A stretch of DNA of 64,000 bases from Lentisphaeria bacterium. GTDB taxonomy: Bacteria > Verrucomicrobiota > Lentisphaeria > JABSQK01 > JAWLHB01. Position numbers and translations under genes: made by a program. Where the stretch lies: positions 62,001 to 126,000 of the forward strand of contig JAWLHB010000001.1 in NCBI GenBank assembly GCA_041690595.1, written 5' to 3'. Under the pieces are notes generated by a model. The model worked only from the letters and a program-made list of their open reading frames with translations. It ran no database searches and was not told the DNA's origin. This document shows positions 1 through 9,730 of the stretch, in pieces (position 1 is the first letter of the stretch; each line of letters starts with the position of its first letter).

Positions 1-2
1 AG

Positions 3-1898
3 GAGGCAAATGCACGCAGTATCGAACTGAACGAAAGCTTGGGGACGATGCGTTCCAGGCAGCGGCTGGCGGATATCGACGAAGCCAAGGTGCTGGAGGA
101 TGAGATCGAGAAGCTGAACGCGGAGCTGCGCAAGGTGGAGCGGGCAAAGCGAGAGGCGACGCAGCGACGGGAGCAGGTGCAGATCCAGATCGGTTTGACG
201 GAAAAAGTGAGGGAGGTAATCGCGGCGCTGGAGGAGTTGCGGGGCGAACTGCAGGCCGGCACAGTCGAGGCGGAGCCGGCTCGCCGGCGGCTGCAGGCTC
301 TCATGCAGGAGTTCCGTTACTTCGATGCGTCGCTGGCGCGCTTCCTGGTGGGCGATGTGCCATGGAGCGTCTGGCTGCGGCCGCTGACCAACTGGGGATT
401 GCTCATCGCGCTGACGTATCTCCTGCTGATGACCTTCAACATCCTGATCTTCCGTCAGTGGGCGTACAATGAGCGGCTGATTTACCCGCTGGCAAAGTTG
501 CCCGAGATTCTGGCGGGAGCCGAGGACAAGGGGCCTGGCATGGATCACCTGCGCCTTCCGGCGGTCTTCAGGAGTGGCCTGTTCTGGATCGGCTTCTCGA
601 TCTCGGCGGGCTTTGTCGGCTTCAACCTGCTGGCGCACGCTGGGTGGATCGCCTTGCCACCGCTGCAGATGACGATCAAGTGGCAGCCGTACATCGACGG
701 GACGGCCTTCGCGCCGCTGCTCCCAGGAGCTAAGCTGGGGATCTTCTTCACCATGATCGGCCTGGCCTTTCTGATCCCGGCGGAGATCTCGTTTTCACTC
801 TGGTTCTTCTGGCTGCTCTATATGGCGCAGCTGCTGATCGTGGTCTGGACGGGGCATGGGGTGAACGAGAAGTCATTCCCGAGCGACTGGTGGTACACGC
901 TCAACTTCAGGAATGCGGAGGCGGGTGGGGCGTTGATGGTCTTCAGCGGGGTAGTGCTCTACAAGTGCCGGCACTTCATCTTCTGCGTCTTCGGGAGCCG
1001 CGAAGTGGCGGCGCTGGACGGGCCGGTGCGAAAAGAGCTGCGGATCTCTTCGGGCTTGTTTCTCGGCTCATCCGTCGCGCTGGTGCTGATGCTCTGGCTG
1101 GGGTTGGGGGCGAATCTCTTCTATTCGATCGTGCTTTACCTGTTTGTGCTTATCCTGACCATCGGCCTGGTGCGGGCGGTGACGGAGGGTGGGGTACTGG
1201 GCTTCCAGGCGTGGATCAGCCCGTTCCACTTTGTCCGCTCGCTCTTCGGCTTCGATACCGCGGCCACGGCCCCGGGGCTTTTTGCACCACTGATGGTCTT
1301 CTACTCCATCCTCTTCCTCGACATCAAAACTTTCATTGCGCCCGCCATGGCCAATTCACTGAAGATTCGCGACGATCTGAAGATGAAGCGGCTGCGATTC
1401 CACGTCGGCGTCATACTCGGCATCGGTATGACGGTTGTCATCTCCGTGCTGGTGCATGTGATGATGGGGTATGCCAAGGGGGCGGACGCCATGAGCAACT
1501 GGTTCTATCAGGGCTTCCCGCGCGACATGTACGACAACATCGCGACGATGGCCAAGTCACAACCGGTGGATCAGACCGCCAACAACCTGTGGATCGGCTT
1601 TGGCGCCCTGCTGATGGTGGCGTTACTCTACTTCCGGCAGATACTGTTCTGGCTGCCACACCCGATCGGGCTGATCATGCTGGTCAACCCGATCATGGGA
1701 TTCTACTGGTTCAGTATCTTTGTCGGCTGGCTGGGAAAATTCCTGGTAACTCGCTATGGCAACAAGGGGACCTACCAATCCGTGCGGAACATCTTCATCG
1801 GCCTGATCGTGGGCGAACTGATCATCGTCGCGCTTGCCCTGATTCTCTCGGTGACACTGGAAGTGCGTATCCCCATCGACCTCAATCGGAATCCATGA
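3..1898 (+). CDS. Multi-pass membrane protein, DUF6785/DUF6784-like putative transporter, with an upstream coiled-coil segment; 5'-truncated
   Basis: Frame is open from position 3 (EANARSIELNESLGTM...). Contains many hydrophobic helices plus the motifs 'RQWAYNERLIYPL' and 'FWLPHPIGL..' that I recall from this family. The first ~90 aa are heptad-rich and charged. Confidence 0.65.
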   Translation, partial: EANARSIELNESLGTMRSRQRLADIDEAKVLEDEIEKLNAELRKVERAKREATQRREQVQIQIGLTEKVREVIAALEELRGELQAGTVEAEPARRRLQALMQEFRYFDASLARFLVGDVPWSVWLRPLTNWGLLIALTYLLLMTFNILIFRQWAYNERLIYPLAKLPEILAGAEDKGPGMDHLRLPAVFRSGLFWIGFSISAGFVGFNLLAHAGWIALPPLQMTIKWQPYIDGTAFAPLLPGAKLGIFFTMIGLAFLIPAEISFSLWFFWLLYMAQLLIVVWTGHGVNEKSFPSDWWYTLNFRNAEAGGALMVFSGVVLYKCRHFIFCVFGSREVAALDGPVRKELRISSGLFLGSSVALVLMLWLGLGANLFYSIVLYLFVLILTIGLVRAVTEGGVLGFQAWISPFHFVRSLFGFDTAATAPGLFAPLMVFYSILFLDIKTFIAPAMANSLKIRDDLKMKRLRFHVGVILGIGMTVVISVLVHVMMGYAKGADAMSNWFYQGFPRDMYDNIATMAKSQPVDQTANNLWIGFGALLMVALLYFRQILFWLPHPIGLIMLVNPIMGFYWFSIFVGWLGKFLVTRYGNKGTYQSVRNIFIGLIVGELIIVALALILSVTLEVRIPIDLNRNP

Positions 1899-1899
1899 C

Positions 1900-2574
1900 A
1901 TGGCAGAGTTGATACCGAAGCATTTAGCGCAGATTCCGGAGCCGGAACCGATTCCGTGGCGGATTGCGCTGCAGGTGAGCTGGTCGTCTCTGCGGCGGCG
2001 CTTTCTGCGCGCGCTGATCACGATGGTGGGCGTCATTCTGGCGATAGCCTTTCTGACCTACATGCTGTTGACGGACCGGGCAATCAAGGCGCTGGTCGCG
2101 GTGGACAACGAACGGCTGAATGTCCTGCTGCAGAAGAATGGCGTCGACATTCTGGCCATCCATGGAACGGACAAGGTGATGATGCTGCTGATCGGGCTGT
2201 CGCTGCTGATCTGTCTGGTAGGCATCATCAACGCGATGCTGATGTCGGTGACGGAGCGGGTGAAGGAGATCGGCACGCTGAAATGCCTCGGGGCGACGGA
2301 TGGATTCATCGTGCGGATTTATTTCATCGAGGCGTCGCTGCAAGGGGTGCTGGGGACGGTAGCCGGCATTTTTCTCGGGACAATCGTGGCGGCGCTGGTC
2401 CTGCTTTCTGGCTACGGAGAGCATATTGTGCCGAACGTGCCGTGGTGGCCGTGGGGGCGCGCACTGATCGCAACGTTTTTCATCGGCTCTCTGATTTCCG
2501 TCGCGGCCTCGATTGGGCCGGCGTATGCGGCCGCGCGGAAGCAACCTGTGGAAGCGCTGAGGGTTGAAGAATGA
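1900..2574 (+). CDS. ABC transporter permease, FtsX/MacB-like (short form)
   Basis: 'GIINAMLMSVTERVKEIGTLKCLGA' and C-terminal 'PAYAAARKQPVEALR' are FtsX-domain signatures; 4 predicted TM helices. Confidence 0.9.
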   Translation: MAELIPKHLAQIPEPEPIPWRIALQVSWSSLRRRFLRALITMVGVILAIAFLTYMLLTDRAIKALVAVDNERLNVLLQKNGVDILAIHGTDKVMMLLIGLSLLICLVGIINAMLMSVTERVKEIGTLKCLGATDGFIVRIYFIEASLQGVLGTVAGIFLGTIVAALVLLSGYGEHIVPNVPWWPWGRALIATFFIGSLISVAASIGPAYAAARKQPVEALRVEE

Positions 2575-3317
2575 GTGTGGTAGACCAACCCATCGTGCGG
2601 ATCGAGAAGGTGACCAAAACGTTTCAGCGCGGCAGCGAGCAGGTGCATGCCGTGCGCGGCGTGAGCATGGCGATAGGGGCCGGCGAGTACGTGTCGATCA
2701 TGGGGCCGTCGGGGTCCGGAAAATCGACGTTGTTCAACATGATCGGCGGTCTGGATACGCCCAGCAGCGGCGAAGTCTGGGTGCATGGTTTCAAACTTGC
2801 CGACCTGAATTCGCGGCAGTTGGCGTGGGTACGATGCAACCGTATCGGCTTCATCTTTCAGTCCTTCAATCTGGTAATGACGATGACTGCGCTTGAAAAT
2901 GTGGCAATCGCCCGGATCTTTGCTGGTGTGAGCCCGGGAGAGGCGCGCGACGATGCGGCGGCAACGCTGACGCGTGTCGGTCTTGGCCATCGGCTCGATC
3001 ACCTGCCGGGCGAAGTCTCCGGCGGCCAGCAGCAGCGGATTGCGATTGCGAGGGCTCTGGTGAATCGACCGAGCATCATTCTGGCGGACGAGCCGACAGG
3101 TAATCTCGACCTGCACACCGGTGAAGAGATCATCGGCCTGCTGGCGGAAATGAAGCGCGAACTTGGAATCACGATCATTACGGCAACGCACGACATGAAG
3201 ATGCTGTCCGCCTCGGATGCGGTCATCTGGATCAAGGATGGAGCAGTGGAGCGGGTGGCGCGGCATGACGAATTGAACATCGAAATAGGCAGCATCGATG
3301 GCGAAACGACCCTCTGA
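2571..3317 (+). CDS. ABC transporter ATP-binding protein, LolD/MacB-type
   Basis: Walker A GPSGSGKST, signature VSGGQQQR, Walker B IILADEPTGNLD, H-loop ATHD; 4-bp ATGA overlap with the permease. Confidence 0.95.
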   Translation: MSVVDQPIVRIEKVTKTFQRGSEQVHAVRGVSMAIGAGEYVSIMGPSGSGKSTLFNMIGGLDTPSSGEVWVHGFKLADLNSRQLAWVRCNRIGFIFQSFNLVMTMTALENVAIARIFAGVSPGEARDDAAATLTRVGLGHRLDHLPGEVSGGQQQRIAIARALVNRPSIILADEPTGNLDLHTGEEIIGLLAEMKRELGITIITATHDMKMLSASDAVIWIKDGAVERVARHDELNIEIGSIDGETTL

Positions 3318-3355
3318 CTCGAGCGGATCGCAGCGCCACATCACCAGGAGCTTTC

Positions 3356-4210
3356 ATGATTGTACTCTCGGATAGACTGACACGCGTGCAGTTGGAGGAG
3401 GCAGCGGACTTCCTCAACTACAAATGCACCTTCATCAATACGGTGGAGCTGGTCCTGCAGTTGGGATCCGGCTGTTCGGTGGCCGGTTTGCTCGACGAGG
3501 AGTGGGCGAGATTTCCGTTGCATCACATGCCGCACATGCCGCAGGAACCTTCGACCGCAAAGCACGAGCTACAGGTTCACTGGGGAACGATCGGTGCGAC
3601 GAAGACGCTGGTCTTCTCGGGGCGCTATCATCTCTATGAAGGCTACGGACGGTTGCCATGCCTGTTGCCGATCTGGGCCGCGGCTTACGCGGGGGCGCGC
3701 AGCTTCGTGCTGACCAATGCGGCGGGAGCAGTCAATCCGCACATGAAGCCGGGCGACTTCATGTGCATGGCGGATCATGTCAACAACCTTGGGATCTCGG
3801 CGATAGCCGGGCATCAGCACTTGTTCGACGATCCCTTCGTCGATATGAGCAACGTCTACTTCAAGCCGTGGTGCCGGAGTTTTCGCGTGGCAGGTGAAGC
3901 GGAAGGGTTGACCATACACGACGGCATCTACATGGCCAATCATGGACCGGAGTTCGAGACACCAGCGGAGATCCGCATGGCCCAACACATGAGCATTGAC
4001 GCAGTGGGCATGAGTACGGTTCTCGAGGCGACGCTGGCCCATGCGGCGGGAGCGCGGGTGATGGGCATTTCGCTGATCACCAACATGGCCGCCGGCATGG
4101 AAGGCAAGACCATCAGCCATGAGGAGCATCTGCAGGTGGGGCGTCGCACGGGATCGCGACTGGTGAACGGGATTCGCCGGTGGGTCAACGATGGCGGCCT
4201 GGCCTCCTGA
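3356..4210 (+). CDS. punA: Purine nucleoside phosphorylase (trimeric PNP family), diverged
   Basis: Motifs GRYHLYEG, LTNAAG, DHVN, GPEFETPAE, AVGMST, SLITN; RBS AGGAG upstream. Confidence 0.8.
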   Translation: MIVLSDRLTRVQLEEAADFLNYKCTFINTVELVLQLGSGCSVAGLLDEEWARFPLHHMPHMPQEPSTAKHELQVHWGTIGATKTLVFSGRYHLYEGYGRLPCLLPIWAAAYAGARSFVLTNAAGAVNPHMKPGDFMCMADHVNNLGISAIAGHQHLFDDPFVDMSNVYFKPWCRSFRVAGEAEGLTIHDGIYMANHGPEFETPAEIRMAQHMSIDAVGMSTVLEATLAHAAGARVMGISLITNMAAGMEGKTISHEEHLQVGRRTGSRLVNGIRRWVNDGGLAS

Positions 4211-4211
4211 G

Positions 4212-4703
4212 CTACTGCCGCTCGTACGATTCCATGGCATCTTCCTGCACGTCGAGCTGAACACCGGCGCGCGCGAACATCTCGCGGGTTTCGCCCGCGG
4301 CATGATAACGCCGACGCGCGACGACGCGCTCGATACCGACGCTGATGATGAGCATGGCACAGACGCGGCAGGGCTCCATTCGGCAATAGAGGGTTGCTCC
4401 TTCCAGCGCCACTCCATTCTTGGCGGCCTGGCAAATGGCATTCTGTTCCGCATGAATGGTGCGCATGCAGTGCTCGCGCACGGTGCCGTCATCGTCCACG
4501 ACCTTCTTGAGCATGTGGCCGACATCGTCGCAGTGCGGAAGTCCGGAAGGCGAGCCCACGTATCCGGTGGCGATAATGCGCTTGGTGCGCACGATGACAC
4601 AACCGCTTCGACCACGGTCGCAGGTGGCGCGGCTGGCAACGGCGTCAGTCAGATCAAGGAAATAATCATCCCATGGGGGACGTCGGTGGAGGGGGTCGGC
4701 CAT
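4212..4703 (-). CDS. dCMP/cytidine deaminase family protein (ComEB-like)
   Basis: 'RPPWDDYF', 'RATCDR', zinc motifs 'TIHAEQNAI' and 'EPCRVCA'. Confidence 0.9.
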   Translation of the reverse strand: MADPLHRRPPWDDYFLDLTDAVASRATCDRGRSGCVIVRTKRIIATGYVGSPSGLPHCDDVGHMLKKVVDDDGTVREHCMRTIHAEQNAICQAAKNGVALEGATLYCRMEPCRVCAMLIISVGIERVVARRRYHAAGETREMFARAGVQLDVQEDAMESYERQ

Positions 4704-4767
4704 GGCAGCACCTCTATGGTTGGCCTAAAGATGACGCCGATGCGGCGGAATGCAACTGAACTTGCGC

Positions 4768-5481
4768 TCAAGCGTCGGGCGCTTCGAGCTGCCGTCGCTG
4801 TTGGAGCCACCAGGCGATCAGCCAGCAGATGGCGGCCCAGGTGGCGCCAAGAGCCCAGCCGGCCAGCACGTCGGTCGGCCAGTGCACGCCAAGATAAACG
4901 CGGCTGACGCCGACGAGCAGGGAGATGAGGATGGCGCAGCCGAGGAAGAAAATCTTGATCCTCTTCCCCTCGTGCATGCGGGCCAGCATGGCACCGAGGA
5001 TCAGGTAAGTGGCTATGGACATCATGGCATGGCCGCTGGGAAAGCTGGCCGTGGCGGTATGAGAAAGATGAGTCACGAGGTCTGGACGATCGCGCTCGAA
5101 GAAGAGCTTGAGGAGGTTGCTGAAGATGGCAGCGCCAAGTACCCCGGCGGCGACAAGCAGAGCGGCACGGGATTTCTGCATCATGCAGAGATAGGCGATG
5201 GTGGCAAGAGAGAGCAGGGCGAGGATGCCGGTGCCGCCAAGGGCGGTGAAATCGCGTCCCATCTCTTCGAGCCACAATGGGCCGATAGGGTCGGCGGTAT
5301 CCTGCGAGCTGCGCATGGAAAGAAGAATGGCGCGGTCGAAGTGGTGGGTGTCCTCATCGCCGATTTCATCGGCCAGTTCGATGAATCCCCAGATGCCGCC
5401 ACCGATGATGATGGTCAGAAGGAGAGCGGTGAGTTCGATCTTGGGGATGCGGCGGGCAAGGCCGCGGAATGTGTCCAGCAT
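4768..5481 (-). CDS. PAP2-family membrane phosphatase
   Basis: K..F.R.RP, 'SFPSGHA', 'SRVYLGVHWPTDVLAG'. I chose the ATG at 5481 because the longer track ORF overlaps the divergent gene. Confidence 0.9.
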   Translation of the reverse strand: MLDTFRGLARRIPKIELTALLLTIIIGGGIWGFIELADEIGDEDTHHFDRAILLSMRSSQDTADPIGPLWLEEMGRDFTALGGTGILALLSLATIAYLCMMQKSRAALLVAAGVLGAAIFSNLLKLFFERDRPDLVTHLSHTATASFPSGHAMMSIATYLILGAMLARMHEGKRIKIFFLGCAILISLLVGVSRVYLGVHWPTDVLAGWALGATWAAICWLIAWWLQQRRQLEAPDA

Positions 5482-5617
5482 GTGGGAGACAATTGGAGGG
5501 AGTGATGGTTCTTTTTTTAAGGTAGCCCATGCTCGATAACCAAATCCAGCGATTGTGGTTGATGATAGCCGTTGCATAGGTAAACTATGCTCAACGCCAA
5601 ACTGGAGGAGCGACCCC

Positions 5618-7891
5618 ATGAGTTCAATCGAGATGACAGCGGGCAGACCGGTGATAGTCCACCACGGCAAGGTTGTGAACCGGGCAGCCTACCTGGATCG
5701 GATCATGCGGGGAGACTGGAAGGAGCGCGTTCAGGAGTTTGTCGAGAGTGGGGTGACAACATTCGGCCTGAATGTGCCGCATGGCGGGAAGGACTTCTTC
5801 GACGCGGCTTTCTGGACGGACGAAGGCGTTTTTCCCGAGAGTGACGATCACTTTCCCCTGCCCCTGGCAAGGCAGGCGGAGCTGGTACTCGAGATGTGCC
5901 CGGAAGCGCGACTCTTTATCGTGTGCATGTCGTCGGTGCCGAAGATGTGGAGCGACAAGCACGCCGACCACATGCAGACGGATGAGGACGGGAAGACGTA
6001 TCGCGAGGCGAGCCTCTGTTCGCGGCTGTATCTGGATGGCCTGGCGCACTTTCTACGGACGGTGGTGGATTACTGCCAGACAAAGCCGTGGGCGGATCGG
6101 GTCTTCGGCTATTACATCTACCCGTACGGCGAGGGGGCCATGCCGCTCAATCATTCCGGCAAGATGTTCGATTGTTCGGCGGAAAATGAGCGGCAGTTCC
6201 GGAGCTGGCTGGCCCGGCGCTATGGTGATGACGCGGCGCTGCAATCGGCATGGGGCGATGAGCAGGCGACGCTTGCGGGCGCCACCGTGCCGCGCGATCA
6301 GGAATGGCTGGCCCGGCGAGCCTCGCTTTCCGCGACCCTCGGTGGCAAGCCGCTGGCGACGGAGGGGATGGCGAGCAATTGCGGCGAATCGTCACGAGGG
6401 CTCTTCCACTGGCTGGAAGCGGCAAACGTGGCTCGTGAGCACGACTATTGCTGGTTCATGCGGGATAACTTCCTGCGCTGGGTGCGTACCATGCACAGGG
6501 CCGTGAAGGAGGCGGCGAGCGAGCATGGCGTGGAGACGCTGGTCGGCTTTGACATCACGAAGTTGCCGCTGATGGGCTGGCAGATTCAGTCAGCTTTCGA
6601 TGGGGTGGGGGACGGACAGTCCTTTCCCAACAACTACTATCTGAGCGGCGCATTCGGCGTTTCGGAACTGCTGGACGAACTGGATATTATTGTCACGCCG
6701 GCCGACTATCACGCGCGCACACTCGGTTTTGCCTTCGAGGCGGAAGGGGTGAGCGACTCGATGGTGATGCGGGGCAAGGTGATGGTGATCGAGAACGACA
6801 CGCGCTGCTATGTGGGGCAGGGCGTTCAGGATCAGGGGGCCTTCCGGGATGATTCGGAGGTCGAGGCGGGGCTGGCTCGCAACGCGGCACTGGTGATCAG
6901 CCGTGGACTGCACGATTACTGGTGCAACGTGGGCAGTTCCTACTTTCATGCGCCGGGGATTCACGAGACAATCCGCCGCCTGGCGCCGGTACTGGATGGC
7001 GCGGACAGCTATCCGCATCGCGAAACACGAGATGCCATCGCGCTGGTGCTTGATGACGAGAGCCCGCTCCATGAGGATTTCACCAGTGGCTACCAGTCGC
7101 TCGCCGTCATCTGGCAGCGCATACGAGGTTTGGCTCATTGTGGCATCCCCTATCGCATCTACTTGCTGAGCGATCTGCGCCACACGGACTTTCCGGACTA
7201 CAAGGTCTATCTCTTTCCGAATCTCTTCAAGGTGGATGACGAGGTCTTGGGCCTGCTGAAGGAGAAGGTGCTGCGCAATGGGAATCTGGCGATATTCGGG
7301 CCATCTACGGGCATCACAGACGGGCGGTATTTGACCGCGGAGCCAGCCTCGCGCCTGCTGGGGGTGCCGATGGAAATGCATCCCCGCTTGACGGTGCGGC
7401 ATGTTATCGTGCAGGACATTCCGGGGCACCCGATTACCGCCGAACTGCCGGCGGGTACCATCTTCGGCGATTCCCTGCCCTATGGACCAACGCTGACGCC
7501 GCGGGAACGAGCGGTCGAGAAGACTCCGGGCGCCACCTGCCTGGGCCATGGTAATCTCTGCTGGTTCCTGCATCGTACTGGGATGTTCATCCGCGAGGCG
7601 GAGGATCACGCAATCCTGTGGAGTTGCGCCATGCCGCTGCCGTCGAACCTGTTGCGTGCCGCGGCCCGCCATGCCGGCTGCAATGTGTGGTGCGAGGAAG
7701 ACGATGTCGTCTATGCCAGCGATTCCTTTGTCGCGCTGCACTCGGTGAAAAATGGAAACCGCACGCTGCACCTGCCGCGCAAATGCCGGGTCCGCGATGC
7801 GATGACCGGCACCCGTATGGCGGAGGATCCCATTGACCGTCTGGAGCTGAAGATCAACGCGCCGCAGACACGGATGTTCTGGCTGGACTGA
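5618..7891 (+). CDS. Putative glycoside hydrolase, GH42/beta-galactosidase-like barrel plus trimerisation-like domain
   Basis: RBS GGAGGAG before ATG 5618. 'FRSWLARRYGDDAALQSAWG' is a GH42-like motif; the C-terminal 'YKVYLFPN..VDDEV..LL' resembles the trimerisation domain. Confidence 0.55.
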   Translation: MSSIEMTAGRPVIVHHGKVVNRAAYLDRIMRGDWKERVQEFVESGVTTFGLNVPHGGKDFFDAAFWTDEGVFPESDDHFPLPLARQAELVLEMCPEARLFIVCMSSVPKMWSDKHADHMQTDEDGKTYREASLCSRLYLDGLAHFLRTVVDYCQTKPWADRVFGYYIYPYGEGAMPLNHSGKMFDCSAENERQFRSWLARRYGDDAALQSAWGDEQATLAGATVPRDQEWLARRASLSATLGGKPLATEGMASNCGESSRGLFHWLEAANVAREHDYCWFMRDNFLRWVRTMHRAVKEAASEHGVETLVGFDITKLPLMGWQIQSAFDGVGDGQSFPNNYYLSGAFGVSELLDELDIIVTPADYHARTLGFAFEAEGVSDSMVMRGKVMVIENDTRCYVGQGVQDQGAFRDDSEVEAGLARNAALVISRGLHDYWCNVGSSYFHAPGIHETIRRLAPVLDGADSYPHRETRDAIALVLDDESPLHEDFTSGYQSLAVIWQRIRGLAHCGIPYRIYLLSDLRHTDFPDYKVYLFPNLFKVDDEVLGLLKEKVLRNGNLAIFGPSTGITDGRYLTAEPASRLLGVPMEMHPRLTVRHVIVQDIPGHPITAELPAGTIFGDSLPYGPTLTPRERAVEKTPGATCLGHGNLCWFLHRTGMFIREAEDHAILWSCAMPLPSNLLRAAARHAGCNVWCEEDDVVYASDSFVALHSVKNGNRTLHLPRKCRVRDAMTGTRMAEDPIDRLELKINAPQTRMFWLD

Positions 7892-7929
7892 CCGCGTGAA
7901 CAAGCGGTTGCTTTTTTTTAGAATGTCCC

Positions 7930-7972
7930 TTGCAGTGAGTTGTCTACTGTTGTACACTAATAATGTACAACA
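7930..7972 (+). promoter_or_regulatory. Sigma70-like promoter overlapped by a palindromic operator, upstream of GntR
   Basis: TTGCAG(7930-7935)-17 bp-TACACT(7953-7958); perfect inverted repeat TGTTGTACA(7948-7956)-N7-TGTACAACA(7964-7972). Confidence 0.65.
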
Positions 7973-7987
7973 CATCAGGAGTGCACG

Positions 7988-9067
7988 GTGAGCGGACGAA
8001 ACGGAGTGTTGAAAACCGAACAGGTGCGAAGCTACATCAGCGAACTGGTGCAGCAGCTTGGGAAATCCGGGCGGCTTCCCAGCGAGCATGAGCTGTGCCG
8101 AGTATGCCAGGTTAGCCGCGGAACGATCGGCAAGGTTATTGGCGAGCTGGTGGCAGAAGGCTTCCTGTTCCGCATTCAGGGAAAAGGCACCTTCGTGGCG
8201 GAACATGCGGCGCAGGCGCATGCGGCGCCGAGGCCACGGCAACAAGGGCGGGTGCTGATTGTCTACAGGCATGAGGCTTCCGGCTGGCACCCTTATTATT
8301 CCGAACGGCTACGTGGTATTGGCGAGCGGCTGGGCGAGGCGGGCTTGGCAATGGAGATGATTCGTGTGGGGGAAGATGTCGTTCAGCCGTTGGCCAGCCG
8401 CGGCGCGGCGCCGGATGTGCTTGGCGTTATCTCCTTTCATGTGGCTGACGCCTGGTTGCCGCGATTGCGCGAACGGTTCGCGAAGCCGATCGTGACGACG
8501 TATTCGCCTGGCGAATCGGTGGCGGCCGGCGCCGCGGTGGTACTGGAGTGCCGCGTTGCCATGCGCCAGCTGGCTCGGCGTCTGGCGGAAGATGGTCATC
8601 GGGATCTGCTGCTGATCACTGCCCACGACGATATTGCCGCCTTTTTCAGTACCGTCATGCCGTCGGGCACCAGAATCTGCCTGGCGCATGCGGGGCAGAC
8701 GGCTGAGCGTGGCTACCAGGCCATGGAGCGCTACTACGACCCCTCCATCACCGCCGTCTATGTAGATGACGATGTGGTGGCAAGGGGGGTGGTGCGCTAT
8801 ATCCTGGAGAACGGGATTTCGGTGCCGGGGGATCTCTCGCTGGCCGCGAAAATCAACAAGGGGGTTGAACTGATGGCGCCGGGACGTGTAAGCGCTATCG
8901 AGATCGATGCCTACAAACTAGGAACACTGGCAGCCGCGACGTTGCTGGAAATGCTGGCGGGCGACATGCGCGCTGGCAACTCCGTGACCGTGGAGTCGCC
9001 ATTTATCGACAACGGCTCACTCGGCCCGGCGAATCGGGCGCGAGTCACAATCGGAGGTGTAGCATGA
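7988..9067 (+). CDS. GntR-family regulator with LacI/periplasmic-binding-fold effector domain
   Basis: wHTH '[19 protein letters not shown]...RIQGKGTFV'; C-terminal '[10 protein letters not shown]'; RBS AGGAG, GTG start. Confidence 0.9.
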   Translation: MSGRNGVLKTEQVRSYISELVQQLGKSGRLPSEHELCRVCQVSRGTIGKVIGELVAEGFLFRIQGKGTFVAEHAAQAHAAPRPRQQGRVLIVYRHEASGWHPYYSERLRGIGERLGEAGLAMEMIRVGEDVVQPLASRGAAPDVLGVISFHVADAWLPRLRERFAKPIVTTYSPGESVAAGAAVVLECRVAMRQLARRLAEDGHRDLLLITAHDDIAAFFSTVMPSGTRICLAHAGQTAERGYQAMERYYDPSITAVYVDDDVVARGVVRYILENGISVPGDLSLAAKINKGVELMAPGRVSAIEIDAYKLGTLAAATLLEMLAGDMRAGNSVTVESPFIDNGSLGPANRARVTIGGVA

Positions 9068-9690
9068 GTACGCGCAAGCATGGTTTCACGCTGATCGAGC
9101 TGCTGGTGGTTATTGCGATAATTGCTGTACTGGCATCGATGTTGTTGCCTGCATTGTCGCAGGCACGAGACCGCGCCAGGCTGACATCCTGTCTCAATAA
9201 CACAAAGCAGATGGGGCTCGGCTGGTTTGCCTATGCCGATGAGTATGACGACACCATGGTGCCGGACGACTGGACTGGCCCCGGTGGTGATTCCTGGATC
9301 GCCCAGATCGCCCCGTTCGTCAGCGTCGGCACCAGCCTTGGCCGGATCGGCAAATGCCCGCGCCATGATCCTTATCCCAGCATCTCGAAGAGCAGCTACA
9401 GCTACGGCTACAACCGCTACCTCACGCCAACCTACTCCAGCGAGAGGTGGAACCGCCTCGGCCATGTGCTCAATCCACTGACGACCATCGTCATTGCCGA
9501 CCACAACGACCGCGACAACAATCGCTACATCACCAACGGCAATCCGCTCGGCTCGAATTACGGTATCGGCAATCGCCATCGCGCCGGAGCCTCCATCGTC
9601 TTTGCTGACGGACATGCCGCCTGGCACCTCGCGGCGCAGGTGCAGGCCACGACCGCCTCCGGCGACAGCTGGTTCAAGATCGACGATTGA
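9064..9690 (+). CDS. Prepilin-type N-terminal cleavage/methylation protein, DUF1559 / H-X9-DG family
   Basis: [25 protein letters not shown], '[10 protein letters not shown]', '[14 protein letters not shown]' (H-X9-DG); 4-bp overlap with GntR. Confidence 0.92.
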   Translation: MSTRKHGFTLIELLVVIAIIAVLASMLLPALSQARDRARLTSCLNNTKQMGLGWFAYADEYDDTMVPDDWTGPGGDSWIAQIAPFVSVGTSLGRIGKCPRHDPYPSISKSSYSYGYNRYLTPTYSSERWNRLGHVLNPLTTIVIADHNDRDNNRYITNGNPLGSNYGIGNRHRAGASIVFADGHAAWHLAAQVQATTASGDSWFKIDD

Positions 9691-9730
9691 TGGTGATCAG
9701 CCGAGCAGCCGCACGTGCGGGGACTTGATT

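Noticed and set aside
7899..7920. Intrinsic terminator after the GH42-like gene
   Set aside because: A T-run is present, but the stem is only ~4 bp (AAGC/GCTT); it may instead be an AT-rich UP element for the next promoter.
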